Positions 31,090-41,111 are shown, numbered from the stretch's first letter. The stretch: 64,000 nucleotides of DNA from a bacterium (GCA_044869275.1 JBIOXB010000223.1:1-64000), one strand, 5' to 3'. Numbers and translations: made by a program. Notes: a model not told the origin generated them from the letters alone.

Positions 31090-32802
31090 ATGCAGTCTCA
31101 ATTTCAAACCCTCAATTGGAGATGGGTTTTTCTGCTGGCATCAACTCCCTTTTGTTTGTGCGGTTGCCGGACTGCTTCACCGCCGGCGGACCTGATGTTG
31201 CGCAACGGGGCCATTTACACGGTTGACGCCGAGCGCAGGTGGGCGGAAGCGCTTGTGATCGCTCAGGGCAGGATTATTTACGTGGGCGACAACGCCAGCG
31301 CGGAAAAATTTCGCGGCGAAAAAACCAAAACCCTGGATTTGAGCGGAAGAATGGTTTTGCCCGGCTTTCATGATTCTCACGTGCATCCCGTCAGCGGCGG
31401 GATCGAGCTGGGCCAGTGCAATCTGAACGGCCTGACCTCGCAACAAGAAATCTTTGACAAGATTCGTGCCTATGCGGCGCAGCATTCCAACAAAACCTGG
31501 ATCGCCGGCGGCGGGTGGGATTTGCCGATTTTCCCGAATGCCAATCCCTCCAAAGAAATGCTCGATCAAATTGTCGCCGATCGCCCGGTTTTTCTAACCG
31601 CCGCCGACGGCCACTCCGCCTGGGCCAATTCGCGCGCGCTGGAAATTGCCGGAATTACGAGGAACACCCCGGACCCTCCCGAAGGGCGCATCGAGCGCGA
31701 CGCCAGGACCGGCGAACCCTCGGGCACGTTGCGTGAGAGCGCCACGGATTTGATCAGCACACACCTTCCCGAATTGACTTCGGAAGATTACCTTAGCGGC
31801 GCGCGCGCCGGTGTGCACATGGCCAACCGTTTCGGCATTATTTCCCTGCAGGAAGCCAGCGCGGATGAAAAGATTCTCGCCGCCTACGCGGACTTGGAAC
31901 GCCGCGGTGAATTGACCGCGCGCGTGCTGGCGGCGCAATATGTCGATCCGAAAAAAGAGGTGACACAAATCTCCGAGCTAATACGACGGCGTGAATTGTT
32001 TCACCGCAAATATCTGCACGCCACGGCGGCCAAAATTTTTGCCGATGGCGTGATCGAGTCACGCACGGCCGCGATGCTGGAGCCTTATCTGGATCGCCCG
32101 GATGATCGCGGCATTCCGAATTTGGCAGCGCAGCAGTTCAAGTCATTGGCAGTGGCTTTGGATTCGGCCGGTTTTCAAATCCACATCCATGCCATCGGCG
32201 ACCGCGCGATCCGCATGGCGCTCGATGCGCTGGAAGCGGCGCAGCAAACCAACGGCCGGCACGAGGCGCGCCATCACATTGCGCATCTCGAGCTGATCGA
32301 TCCCCAGGATATTCCCCGTTTCAAGGCATTGGGCGTGATTGCGAATTTTCAACCGCTCTGGGCGTATGCCGACCTTTACATTACCGCATTGACCGAGCCG
32401 GCTTTGGGGCCAGAACGCTCGCGCTGGCTGTATCCGATGGCGAGCGTGGCGCAAACCGGCGCGATGATTGCCGCCGGCAGCGACTGGTCGGTCTCCTCGA
32501 TGAATCCGCTGGACGCCATGCAAGTCGCCGTCACCCGGCGCGCGCTGGATGATTCCACCGGCCCGGCGTGGCATCCGGAAGAACTGGTCGATTTGCCCAC
32601 GATGATTGCCGCTTACACCATCAATGGCGCGTATGTTAATCATCAAGAAAAAGAGACCGGCTCTCTTGAAGTGGGCAAGGCCGCGGATTTGATCGTGCTC
32701 GACCGCAACTTGTTCAAAATTCCCGTACACGAGATTCATCGCGCCCAAGTTTTGCTCACCTTGTTGGAAGGGCAGGAAGTTTATCGCGCAAAATCTTTCT
32801 GA
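31090..32802 (+). CDS. amidohydrolase 3 family (YtcJ-like) protein
   Basis: PGFHDSHVH, DGHSAWANS, KIFADG, HAIGD, HLE, GSDW, GSLEVGKAAD. Confidence 0.92.
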   Translation: MQSQFQTLNWRWVFLLASTPFCLCGCRTASPPADLMLRNGAIYTVDAERRWAEALVIAQGRIIYVGDNASAEKFRGEKTKTLDLSGRMVLPGFHDSHVHPVSGGIELGQCNLNGLTSQQEIFDKIRAYAAQHSNKTWIAGGGWDLPIFPNANPSKEMLDQIVADRPVFLTAADGHSAWANSRALEIAGITRNTPDPPEGRIERDARTGEPSGTLRESATDLISTHLPELTSEDYLSGARAGVHMANRFGIISLQEASADEKILAAYADLERRGELTARVLAAQYVDPKKEVTQISELIRRRELFHRKYLHATAAKIFADGVIESRTAAMLEPYLDRPDDRGIPNLAAQQFKSLAVALDSAGFQIHIHAIGDRAIRMALDALEAAQQTNGRHEARHHIAHLELIDPQDIPRFKALGVIANFQPLWAYADLYITALTEPALGPERSRWLYPMASVAQTGAMIAAGSDWSVSSMNPLDAMQVAVTRRALDDSTGPAWHPEELVDLPTMIAAYTINGAYVNHQEKETGSLEVGKAADLIVLDRNLFKIPVHEIHRAQVLLTLLEGQEVYRAKSF

Positions 32803-32810
32803 GCAATGAT

Positions 32811-33077
32811 ATGAAACGTCAAAAAAAACTTTCTGATAGGACGTCGAAAGCGCAAGCCGCTTCCGGAAATGCCCGTCTCGCCAAGCAAAGCGATGTTCGG
32901 AAGAAAAGGCGTTCCCTGGCCTTGGACAAGCGCGTGCGCCAGATTGAGAATTGGCACAAGCGCCTGGCACCTCAATTTCCGGACATTGATCCGCACGATC
33001 TTCATTTGATTATTGCGTCATTGCTCAGAACCAGGAAGGAGCGGATGGAAATCATGTTTCTCAAGCGGAGAAAATAA
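32811..33077 (+). CDS. hypothetical small basic protein
   Basis: 88-aa ORF tightly packed between co-oriented genes. Confidence 0.5.
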   Translation: MKRQKKLSDRTSKAQAASGNARLAKQSDVRKKRRSLALDKRVRQIENWHKRLAPQFPDIDPHDLHLIIASLLRTRKERMEIMFLKRRK

Positions 33078-33308
33078 ATGCCCACCAAAATCACGATCAA
33101 CAACAACGGCAGCATTCGCCTCGAAGGCGATTTCGAGATATTCGATCAAAACGGGAATCCATTCGATTTGGCCGGGCGCACGGCCATTTCACTCTGCCGT
33201 TGTGGGCAGAGCAACAACAAGCCGTTTTGTGACAGCTCGCACCGCACCACGGGATTTCAATCGGAAGTGGTGGCGCGGAAACTGGACCCGCCCAAGCCGA
33301 AAAGCTAA
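33078..33308 (+). CDS. CDGSH iron-sulfur domain protein
   Basis: LCRCGQSNNKPFCDSSH motif. Confidence 0.9.
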   Translation: MPTKITINNNGSIRLEGDFEIFDQNGNPFDLAGRTAISLCRCGQSNNKPFCDSSHRTTGFQSEVVARKLDPPKPKS

Positions 33309-33468
33309 ACGAGCCTCATATGCCGCGCCTGGGCATGGGCGAATGCTCTGAAATCTGACAGCGCCGGACTGATGCTGGCGTGTATCTTTTTGAGGTCAAC
33401 TTTTTCATAGGCATGCACGAGCAAGTTTCTCATTGTTGCGTTTTGCTCTTAACGATGTGCGGGGACAT
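33305..33468 (-). pseudogene. HepT/DUF86-like HEPN toxin remnant
   Basis: MSPHIVKSKTQQ* overlaps the MNT stop, then out-of-frame MRNLLVHAYEKVDLKKIH.. (RX4H HEPN motif); far shorter than a DUF86 protein. Confidence 0.72.
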
Positions 33469-33868
33469 TTTTCATCTCCTGCACGCGACGGGCGAGCACG
33501 GCATCACGAAAACGGCGAAGCGGCTCGGTGTCTTCGAAGATTCTGAACGCTCGGATTTTTTGCTCGAAAAACAATCCGGGTTTCGCTTCGTAAAGGGCTT
33601 TGCCTTTCTGAAAGATTTCGAGAAGTAGAACGGGATCGGTTACGGCATCAATAATGGCAACGTCGACCTCTTGCTGAAAAAGATCTTCCATTTCGCCATA
33701 CAATCGGATAACGTTTTCCCGCAAAGGTGCGGTGCGCGAAGACAGTGCGATGTCAACATCGCTGCGCGCCTTAGTTTTACCTGTTGCTTGCGAGCCAAAG
33801 AGGATCATTAAATCAATCCCGCGCTCTTGGCACCATGACGATAGTATTTGTTGGTCCAAATCAAGCAT
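33449..33868 (-). CDS. MNT (minimal nucleotidyltransferase) antitoxin, MntA-like
   Basis: GSX10DXD (GSQATGKTKARSDVD), EVDVA; TTGCAA-N17-TATCTT upstream. Confidence 0.85.
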   Translation of the reverse strand: MLDLDQQILSSWCQERGIDLMILFGSQATGKTKARSDVDIALSSRTAPLRENVIRLYGEMEDLFQQEVDVAIIDAVTDPVLLLEIFQKGKALYEAKPGLFFEQKIRAFRIFEDTEPLRRFRDAVLARRVQEMKNVPAHR

Positions 33869-33972
33869 GATCACGGATTTTTGTTTTTGGGAGACGCTTG
33901 CTTGAAAGATAAGCGCAAATCTGTTGAGTTGCAACATGGATTCTTCACGATCAGATACCGCTAGAAGGTGCG

Positions 33973-35064
33973 ATGCACATCTCCGACCTCAAATACGATT
34001 GCCGGCATTTTCGTGGTGCCATTCCCTGCACGCCGAACAAACTGCGCGGCAAAGTTTGCGGCGCCTGCGACGAGTACGATCCCATACGCACGCGTATTTT
34101 AATCATCAAGCTGGGCGCGGCCGGCGATGTCATTCGGACCACGCCGTTATTGCAGCGCTTCCGCCGGGAATATCCCAGCGCACATCTCACCTGGCTCACC
34201 TTGACACCCGAGGTTCTGCCGGCAAGCCGGATCGACAAAATTTATAAGTTCGATTTCAAAGCCGTATACGCGCTGCGGCAATTGCCATTCGATATTGTGG
34301 TCAATCTCGACAAAGACCTCGAAGCCTGCGCGTTGCTGGAAGAAATCCCTGCGCCGAAAAAATTCGGTTTCGGTTTGAAACGCGGCCATATTTATCCGGC
34401 GAACGAGCCGGCCGCGCAGAAGCTGCTAACCGGCGCATTCGACCATCTTTCGAAGCAAAATCGCAAAAGTTATTTGCAGGAGATCTTTGCAATCTGCGGT
34501 TTTGATTTTCGCGGCGAGCCTTATGTTTTGGAAGTGGAGGAGCGCCATCAAAAAATGTGGCAGGAGCTGCATCAAAAAGCGCGCGGCAGAAAAGTCATTG
34601 GCCTGAACACCGGCTGCGGCGAGCGCTGGCTCACGCGCCTGTGGCCGGAGGTATACTGGTTGGAACTCGTGCACAGATTGCAGCAGCAGAACTACTTTCC
34701 GGTGCTGCTCGGCGGGCCGGCGGAGGACGCGCAGAATATTTTGTACGGGCAGAAATCCGGGGCTTATTATCCCGGCCTTTTCCCTTTGCAGCAATTTATC
34801 TCGCTGTCCGCGCAATGCCATGTTATCGTTTCGGCCGTCACCATGATGATGCACATTGCCATTGGCTTGCGCGTACCGCTGGTCTTATTCAACAACATTT
34901 TTAATCCACACGAATTCGAATTGTACGGCAACGGCTTCATGGTGCAGCCCGAATCCGGCTGTGATTGTTATTTTGGCAATACTTGCACCCGCGCGCGGCA
35001 TTGCATGCACGATCTTCATGTCGAAACCGTTTTGCTCGCAATCGAGAGAATGGCGAAGCGTTGA
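33973..35064 (+). CDS. glycosyltransferase family 9 (heptosyltransferase-like) with Cys-rich termini
   Basis: IKLGAAGDVIRTTP, GLNTG..RLWP, MHIAIGL, CDCY..C..HCM. Confidence 0.88.
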   Translation: MHISDLKYDCRHFRGAIPCTPNKLRGKVCGACDEYDPIRTRILIIKLGAAGDVIRTTPLLQRFRREYPSAHLTWLTLTPEVLPASRIDKIYKFDFKAVYALRQLPFDIVVNLDKDLEACALLEEIPAPKKFGFGLKRGHIYPANEPAAQKLLTGAFDHLSKQNRKSYLQEIFAICGFDFRGEPYVLEVEERHQKMWQELHQKARGRKVIGLNTGCGERWLTRLWPEVYWLELVHRLQQQNYFPVLLGGPAEDAQNILYGQKSGAYYPGLFPLQQFISLSAQCHVIVSAVTMMMHIAIGLRVPLVLFNNIFNPHEFELYGNGFMVQPESGCDCYFGNTCTRARHCMHDLHVETVLLAIERMAKR

Positions 35065-35065
35065 C

Positions 35066-36199
35066 ATGAAAATCGCGTATCTCTCCACTTTTTATCCCTT
35101 CCGCGGTGGTATCGCACAATTCAACGCCTCGCTGCTGCGCGCATTGGAAAAGCAGCACGAAATTCGCGCGTTCACGTTCACGCGACAATACCCCGCCTTG
35201 CTCTTTCCCGGTGCCACCCAGTATGTTACGTCCGGGGACGTGGTGGACAAAATCCCCGCTGCACCGCTTTTGGATACGATCAATCCGATTTCATATTTCA
35301 AAACCGCCGCGGCCATACAGAGGTTTCGTCCGGAGCTATTGGTGATGAAATTCTGGATGCCGTTCTTCTCCCCCGCGCTGGGAACCGTCGCCGGACGCCT
35401 GCGCAAAAATGGCACGCGCACCGTCGCTATTCTCGATAATCTAATTCCGCACGAGCGGCGGCCGGGCGATTTGCTTTTGATCAAGTACTTTCTGCGGCGC
35501 AATGACGGTTTTGTTGCCATGAGCAAGACCGTGGAAAGGGATTTGCTGAACATTCATTCGCGCGCGAAATACGTGCTCAGGCCGCATCCGCTCTACGATC
35601 ACTTCGGGCCGGCGCTTCCGTCGCCGGAAGCCAAGGCGCGGCTCGGTTTGCCGGCCGACAAACGCATTCTGCTTTTCTTCGGTTTCATTCGCGATTACAA
35701 AGGCCTGGACGATTTGATTCGCGCGACCGCGCATTTGCCCAGTGATTATTTGCTGGTGATCGCCGGCGAGGTTTATGGCAGTTTCGACAAATATCAAAAT
35801 TTGATTGCGGCAATGGGAACGGCAGACCGCATCAAGCTTTTCGTGCGTTATATTGACGATCGCGAAGTGCCGGATTTCTTCTCTGCCGCGGAGGTTTGTG
35901 TGTTGCCCTACAAGTCCGCCACACAAAGCGGCATCGTGCAGATCGCTTTCAATTTCAACTTGCCGGTGATCGTCACCGAGGTTGGCGGGTTGTCGGAAAT
36001 GGTCGAAGACGGAGAGACCGGCCTGATTTTGCGTGGACGCGAGCCACAAGAAATGGCAGGGCGCGTCATGGAATTTTTTCAAAAGAATATGCGTGCACAG
36101 ATGTCCAGAAATATTGCGATGCGGCGACCACAGTATGGCTGGGCGGGGTTTGCGGAGGCGATCTTGCAGCTCTATAAGAAGCTGGGGCCAGCAAAATAG
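35066..36199 (+). CDS. glycosyltransferase family 4
   Basis: PFRGGIAQF, FFGFIRDYKG, LPYKSATQSG, VGGLSE. Confidence 0.9.
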   Translation: MKIAYLSTFYPFRGGIAQFNASLLRALEKQHEIRAFTFTRQYPALLFPGATQYVTSGDVVDKIPAAPLLDTINPISYFKTAAAIQRFRPELLVMKFWMPFFSPALGTVAGRLRKNGTRTVAILDNLIPHERRPGDLLLIKYFLRRNDGFVAMSKTVERDLLNIHSRAKYVLRPHPLYDHFGPALPSPEAKARLGLPADKRILLFFGFIRDYKGLDDLIRATAHLPSDYLLVIAGEVYGSFDKYQNLIAAMGTADRIKLFVRYIDDREVPDFFSAAEVCVLPYKSATQSGIVQIAFNFNLPVIVTEVGGLSEMVEDGETGLILRGREPQEMAGRVMEFFQKNMRAQMSRNIAMRRPQYGWAGFAEAILQLYKKLGPAK

Positions 36200-36214
36200 C
36201 TTCGGATTGAGAAC

Positions 36215-36318
36215 TAGAAGACTTCCCCATTTCTCAAACTGCGAATGAACGCGAATAGACGCGAATTGAGAACATATTAGCGTACATTCGCGGTTTCAAA
36301 AAACGGGCAAGTTATCTA
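36215..36318. repeat. nested palindromic repeat with 10-nt GCGAAT units
   Basis: GCGAATGAAC/GCGAATAGAC/GCGAATTG..ATTCGCG inside an imperfect 18-bp outer inverted repeat. Confidence 0.55.
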
Positions 36319-36361
36319 AACGGTGATCGTCAATGACCCCGAGCCAAGAAAAACGCCTTGT

Positions 36362-36391
36362 TTGCAATTTGGACGCGCAGTACATTATGAT
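36362..36391 (+). promoter_or_regulatory. sigma70-type promoter for zinc-ribbon/TIR pair
   Basis: TTGCAA-N18-TATGAT about 70 nt before ATG 36463. Confidence 0.45.
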
Positions 36392-36462
36392 GGTTCTTGA
36401 ATGGAGTAGCTCCTCGCAGGACAGCGCGATGAAGTTCATTCCAAACTCCATGGGAGGTCGTC

Positions 36463-36681
36463 ATGGCAGAGCAAAACTGGGAAGCGGTTGAAGTTTATTG
36501 CCGTTATGATGAATGTGCGGAGCAGATTCAAGGGTTGGACAACAAACCGCGGCTTTCAAAAAGGAAGATGAGATTTACCGGCCAGGAGTTCTGGGGCGCG
36601 GCGGTGTTCACCTGTCCGCTGTGTGGACGCCAGCGCAAGTTCAAGGAGCGAACATTCGGCACGGGCTTCACCGAGATTTAG
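36463..36681 (+). CDS. small putative zinc-ribbon protein
   Basis: GGAGG RBS; CX4C ... CX2C; paralogous to the C-terminus of the next gene. Confidence 0.8.
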   Translation: MAEQNWEAVEVYCRYDECAEQIQGLDNKPRLSKRKMRFTGQEFWGAAVFTCPLCGRQRKFKERTFGTGFTEI

Positions 36682-36754
36682 TTCAACCTTTTGCGGCACA
36701 TCAGATTGGGAACGAGCTTCTTCGCATTTTCCTTCTCTCTTTGAGGAGATAAAT

Positions 36755-37537
36755 ATGCTGGTTTTTCTCAGCTGTTCTGGTGAAAGGAGTAAATCCGTTG
36801 CTGACGAATTGGCAAAATGGCTTCGTAAAGTAATACAAGCGGTTGAGCCTTGGATATATACCGATATCGAAAAAGGAGTCAAATGGGGTCCGGAAATATT
36901 TAGAAAACTGAAAGATTCCAAAGTTGGAATTCTGTGTGTGACAAAAGAGAATCTTGACTCAAGATGGATACTTTTCGAAGCTGGGGCTCTCTCAGTTAAG
37001 CAAAACGCTTACGTTTGCACACTTCTCTTAGACGTTGAGCCAACAGATGTAAAACAACCTCTTGCCCAATTTGAAGCCACCAAGATTAACAAAGAAGATT
37101 TTTATCGGCTTCTTCAGACAATTAATCGGGCAGTGGAGGAATCGGGGGAACGAGCTTTGGGTGAATTTGATCTAAAAGAATTATATGATTACCATTGGCA
37201 TCTTCTAGATGATCGATTTAAAAAGATCAACGAGGCGGGGGCATCGATTCCAATGCCGATCCGTTCTGAGCGAGAAATGCTGCAAGAGATTCTCGAATTG
37301 GTGAGGAGTCAAGTACGAGATACGAATTGGGAACCAGTTGAAGTTTATTGCCGTTATGATGAATGTGCGGAGCAGATTCAAGGATTTGACAACAAGCCGC
37401 GGCTTGCAAAAAGGAAAATGCGATTCACGGGTATTGATGATGGCGGCGCAGCGGTGTTTGCTTGTCCAGTTTGCGGTAGCGAGCGTAGATTCAAAGAGCG
37501 AACGTCAGGCAGAGGCTTTGCTGAGATTTATTCTTGA
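36755..37537 (+). CDS. TIR-domain protein with C-terminal zinc-ribbon domain
   Basis: GAGGAG RBS; VFLSCSGERSK..WL..VIQAVEPW..DIEKG..W..GILCVT.EN..WILFEAGALS; C-terminal copy of the upstream 72-aa protein. Confidence 0.88.
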   Translation: MLVFLSCSGERSKSVADELAKWLRKVIQAVEPWIYTDIEKGVKWGPEIFRKLKDSKVGILCVTKENLDSRWILFEAGALSVKQNAYVCTLLLDVEPTDVKQPLAQFEATKINKEDFYRLLQTINRAVEESGERALGEFDLKELYDYHWHLLDDRFKKINEAGASIPMPIRSEREMLQEILELVRSQVRDTNWEPVEVYCRYDECAEQIQGFDNKPRLAKRKMRFTGIDDGGAAVFACPVCGSERRFKERTSGRGFAEIYS

Positions 37538-37579
37538 GTTTTCTGTCATTACTGGTTACCTAAAAACTGCTAGTAGCGC

Positions 37580-38599
37580 ATGATTGGCTCTTCGTTTACA
37601 GCATTTTCGCAAAGTTCTCACGCCGTGCGTCGGCCCGCATTTTCTGTACGCGGGATTCCGGTCTATGGCGATATCATTCTTGCGCCCATGGCGGGCTTTT
37701 CCGATCTGCCCTATCGCTTGATCGCGCGCGATTTCGGCTCGGCCATGAGCTACACCGAGTTCGTATCGACCGACGGCCTCCTGCACGGCAATGAAAAGAC
37801 CATGCGCATGCTCGATTTCGACCGGCGCGTCGAGCAGCCCATGACCTTTCAAGTGTTCGGCAGCGATGAGAACGTTATTGTCGAAGCCTGCAAAAAAATC
37901 GAGCAGCTCGGCCCGACGATTATTGATTTGAACATGGGCTGCTCGGTGGCCAAAGTTTCTGGTCGCGGCGCAGGCGCGGGATTGTTAAAAGAGCCGCCTA
38001 AAATCGGCCGCATCTTTGCCCGGCTCTCCAAAGAATTATCCGTGCCGGTGACGGGAAAGATTCGGTTGGGTTGGGATTGCAATTGTCGCAACTATCTGGA
38101 AGTTGCCAAAATTCTGGAGGACAACGGCGCAGCGTTACTGGCCGTGCACGGCCGCACCAAGTCACAAGCCTATGAGGGCCAAGCTGACTGGAGCGCGATT
38201 GCGGAAATCAAACAAACACTGAGAATTCCCGTACTCGGCAACGGCGATGTGAAATGTGTCGCCGATATCGATCGCATCAAACGCCTCACCGGCTGCGACG
38301 GCGTGATGATCGGCCGTGCGGCCATTGGCAATCCGTGGATCTTTGCACGTAAAGACCGCCATGAAGTGGTGTTCGAGGAAAAAGCCGCACTTATTCGCCG
38401 GCATCTGAGCTTGATGCTGGGCTACTACGGCCCGGAATACGGCCTGGTGCTGTTTCGCAAGCACGTGGTCAAATACATCACCGAAGTGCGCGGCGCCGCG
38501 GCGTTGCGTGGCAGCTTTCTCACCTGCGAGCGCGCGGAAGACTTCATTGCCTTGTTGGAAGAAGCCGAGGCACAGCAGCGGCAGTTGTTAGCGGCGTGA
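37580..38599 (+). CDS. dusB: tRNA-dihydrouridine synthase B
   Basis: LAPMAGFSD, IDLNMGC, GAGLL, KIRLGW, VHGRT, GNGD, GVMIGRAAIGNPW. Confidence 0.9.
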   Translation: MIGSSFTAFSQSSHAVRRPAFSVRGIPVYGDIILAPMAGFSDLPYRLIARDFGSAMSYTEFVSTDGLLHGNEKTMRMLDFDRRVEQPMTFQVFGSDENVIVEACKKIEQLGPTIIDLNMGCSVAKVSGRGAGAGLLKEPPKIGRIFARLSKELSVPVTGKIRLGWDCNCRNYLEVAKILEDNGAALLAVHGRTKSQAYEGQADWSAIAEIKQTLRIPVLGNGDVKCVADIDRIKRLTGCDGVMIGRAAIGNPWIFARKDRHEVVFEEKAALIRRHLSLMLGYYGPEYGLVLFRKHVVKYITEVRGAAALRGSFLTCERAEDFIALLEEAEAQQRQLLAA

Positions 38600-38633
38600 A
38601 ATGGTAAGATGTCACACTCGCACTTGCCTACCC

Positions 38634-39275
38634 ATGCACAACCTTCGCAAGCTGATTCTCACCGCCATTTTTATCGCCCTCGCCATTGCGGGCGGACTGG
38701 CACGTATTCAGCTTCCCAACGTCGAATTTTTGACCGTTGCTTTTTTTCTCGCGGGATTCCTTTTGGGTCTCGCGCGCGGAGTATTTGTGGGCGCGACCGC
38801 GGAATTTCTCTATTCGTTTTTCAATCCCTATGGCCCGGCGGCCCCGCCATTATTGGCCGCGCAAGTTTTCAGCATGGCCCTGGCCGGAGGGGCTGGCGGT
38901 TTCGTGGGAAAATTCTTTGAAACCCGCACGCCGCCGTTTTGGTTGTTGGGCGCTTGCGGCTTCATCTTAACCGTGATTTTTGATCTCAATACCACGCTGT
39001 CTTTCACCCTGTTCATCGACGGCAATTCGCAAAGCCTGCTCGCCGCGATTGCTTTCGGCGCGCCTTTTTATTTCGCGCACATCGGTACAAACACATTGAT
39101 TTTTAGCCTGCTCTTGCCTATACTCATTCCGCGTTTGCGCACATTGGCCATATTCCGAAATCTCTCGACCGTCGATTCAACACCACACCGTGAACATTCT
39201 TCGCCAATTTCCTCTGCTCTTCCCGCTTCTTCTCTTCACCAGCTTGACCGCGCAAGTACCGGCGAGCAAACCTGA
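38634..39275 (+). CDS. ECF transporter S component-like membrane protein
   Basis: About 5-6 TM; AIFIALAI..PNVE, SFFNPYG, PFYFAHIGTN. Confidence 0.72.
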   Translation: MHNLRKLILTAIFIALAIAGGLARIQLPNVEFLTVAFFLAGFLLGLARGVFVGATAEFLYSFFNPYGPAAPPLLAAQVFSMALAGGAGGFVGKFFETRTPPFWLLGACGFILTVIFDLNTTLSFTLFIDGNSQSLLAAIAFGAPFYFAHIGTNTLIFSLLLPILIPRLRTLAIFRNLSTVDSTPHREHSSPISSALPASSLHQLDRASTGEQT

Positions 39276-41109
39276 GAACCCGGCTGATTCCTCCGCTGCT
39301 GCCGCATTGAGGCAAGTGCATGCCGATACCACACAGCCTGATTCGCTCTTGCCGCCCGTATTCGTTGCGCCCATGGACGCGATGGGGTTCGAAATGCCCG
39401 GCACGGCGTACGAAATCGAATCCTCGCATGTTCCCGAGTTTTTATTTCAAGATCTTGCTCAGCTTTTTTCGAACACGCTGCCCGGCATTCCGCTCGCTGC
39501 GGGAGAGGTGGGGCAGCCGCACTATTGGGCCAGCGGCGAGCTGCCCGCGCGTGTGATCACGACATGGGTCGATAGCGTGAACTGGATTCCCGGCGTGTAT
39601 GGCACGGTGGATCTGAGCGGCTTGCCGGAGGCCGGCGCCAATAACACGCAGTTTGACGGCCTCCATTCGCCCGTATTTGCGCCCGGCGCTGTATACACAG
39701 GATTGCGCCTCACTCGCGATTCCTTGAGCTATGACGAGCCGTTGACGCGGGTAGGTTACGCCAAGGGCCCGTTTGGCGCCGACGCCACGCGCATTAGTTT
39801 TAGCCGCGCCTTCAGCCGGCGCTTGGCCGGCGATCTCAACGTGGCCTTCAGCAATGCCGACGGCCAGTTCGTTGATTTGCCCTACAAAGGGCACAAGGCG
39901 CGTTTGCATTTCGACTATCGCCTGGGCCGGCGCTGGCGTTTGATCTATCGCCATTTCAACGTACGTAATGAAGTCGGCATCGGCGTGCCCTTCTTTCCGG
40001 AGGAATGGCCTCAGGTCGATGGAGCGTTTCACAAAGAAGAAAGGCTGTACCACGCGGTGGACGTGGCGCCCTCGCGAAAATTTCTGGCGCGTGCATTTTA
40101 CTGGCAGGTGAAGGAAGAATTGAACGACCCCGCGCGCCAAATTCGCCATCGCGTGCGCGATGGTGGTGCGGAGGCGCATGGGCAGTGGCAGCACGAGCGC
40201 GCGGCTGTGGCCGTGCATGCGCGCATCGGCAACGAACAAATTCATAGCACCTCGATTATCCCGGGTTCACGCTGGTACGGAAATATCGGCGCGACATTTT
40301 CATGGCGCCTCATTTCGCGTTTCTGGCTTCAAAGCGAGGGCCAGTACCAGCGCAAAGGCGCCTGGCCTGAGAGCCAGGCGTTGTCTTTGGCAGGCTTGTG
40401 GCGAGCTCATGCGAGCGTGCTCGTGTGGGTGCGGGCGCGGCAGCAGCGAGTTCCACCGGCGCTGTCTGAAAAGGACAACCAGTTGCTCTACCTCTCCTCC
40501 AATCTAAAATTGCAGGCGGTTGATCTCGTGCATCTCGAGGGCGGTTTTTCGTGGCGGCGAAACGCATTCGCAGGGCAGGTACAGGTCGGCAGCGCCCGCT
40601 GGCGGGAGGGTTACCTCTTCGCCGCTGACAGCGCTGCTGGACCGGCGTATTTGCGCAACGATGATCAGTCTGAGCAGACGATGGCAGCGCGTGCGCAACT
40701 GCAGTGGCAACCGAAAAGAGATATTTCCATTCAGCTCGTGGGGGCGCAAAATCTGCAAAGCCTGCCGCGGCATTATTGGTTCTGGTATCAGCCTGAAGGT
40801 TTCGCGCGGCTGCAACTCGAAGCGCGCCGGACGTTTTTCAAGAATGAGCTGGAAGTCATGCCGCGTTTTTCCGTGCGTTATCTGGGCGAACGCACCTCGC
40901 CGGTGTTCTCGGAGGAGAGCGTGCTGCCGCAATTCAAAACCTTTGCCGCCGTGACGACGTTCGACTTTCATCTGCGCTTGCGGTACGGCAGCGGCGCCAT
41001 ACTTTTTGCCTGGGAAAATCTATTGAACAACAAATACGCATTGCGCGACGGCGTGCCCGACCCCGGCCTGCTGTTTCGCTGGGGCTTTCATTGGACTTTT
41101 CGCGATTGA
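39190..41109 (+). CDS. putative outer-membrane beta-barrel (porin / TonB-receptor-like)
   Basis: Signal peptide, plug-like N-region, alternating aromatic strands, ENLLN and C-terminal FRWGFHWTFRD. Confidence 0.65.
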   Translation: MNILRQFPLLFPLLLFTSLTAQVPASKPENPADSSAAAALRQVHADTTQPDSLLPPVFVAPMDAMGFEMPGTAYEIESSHVPEFLFQDLAQLFSNTLPGIPLAAGEVGQPHYWASGELPARVITTWVDSVNWIPGVYGTVDLSGLPEAGANNTQFDGLHSPVFAPGAVYTGLRLTRDSLSYDEPLTRVGYAKGPFGADATRISFSRAFSRRLAGDLNVAFSNADGQFVDLPYKGHKARLHFDYRLGRRWRLIYRHFNVRNEVGIGVPFFPEEWPQVDGAFHKEERLYHAVDVAPSRKFLARAFYWQVKEELNDPARQIRHRVRDGGAEAHGQWQHERAAVAVHARIGNEQIHSTSIIPGSRWYGNIGATFSWRLISRFWLQSEGQYQRKGAWPESQALSLAGLWRAHASVLVWVRARQQRVPPALSEKDNQLLYLSSNLKLQAVDLVHLEGGFSWRRNAFAGQVQVGSARWREGYLFAADSAAGPAYLRNDDQSEQTMAARAQLQWQPKRDISIQLVGAQNLQSLPRHYWFWYQPEGFARLQLEARRTFFKNELEVMPRFSVRYLGERTSPVFSEESVLPQFKTFAAVTTFDFHLRLRYGSGAILFAWENLLNNKYALRDGVPDPGLLFRWGFHWTFRD

Positions 41110-41111
41110 GG

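Noticed and set aside
36487..37383. 47-nt identical pair as DGR template/variable repeats or att sites
   Set aside because: Differences are not adenine-specific, no reverse transcriptase or integrase nearby, and both copies are coding
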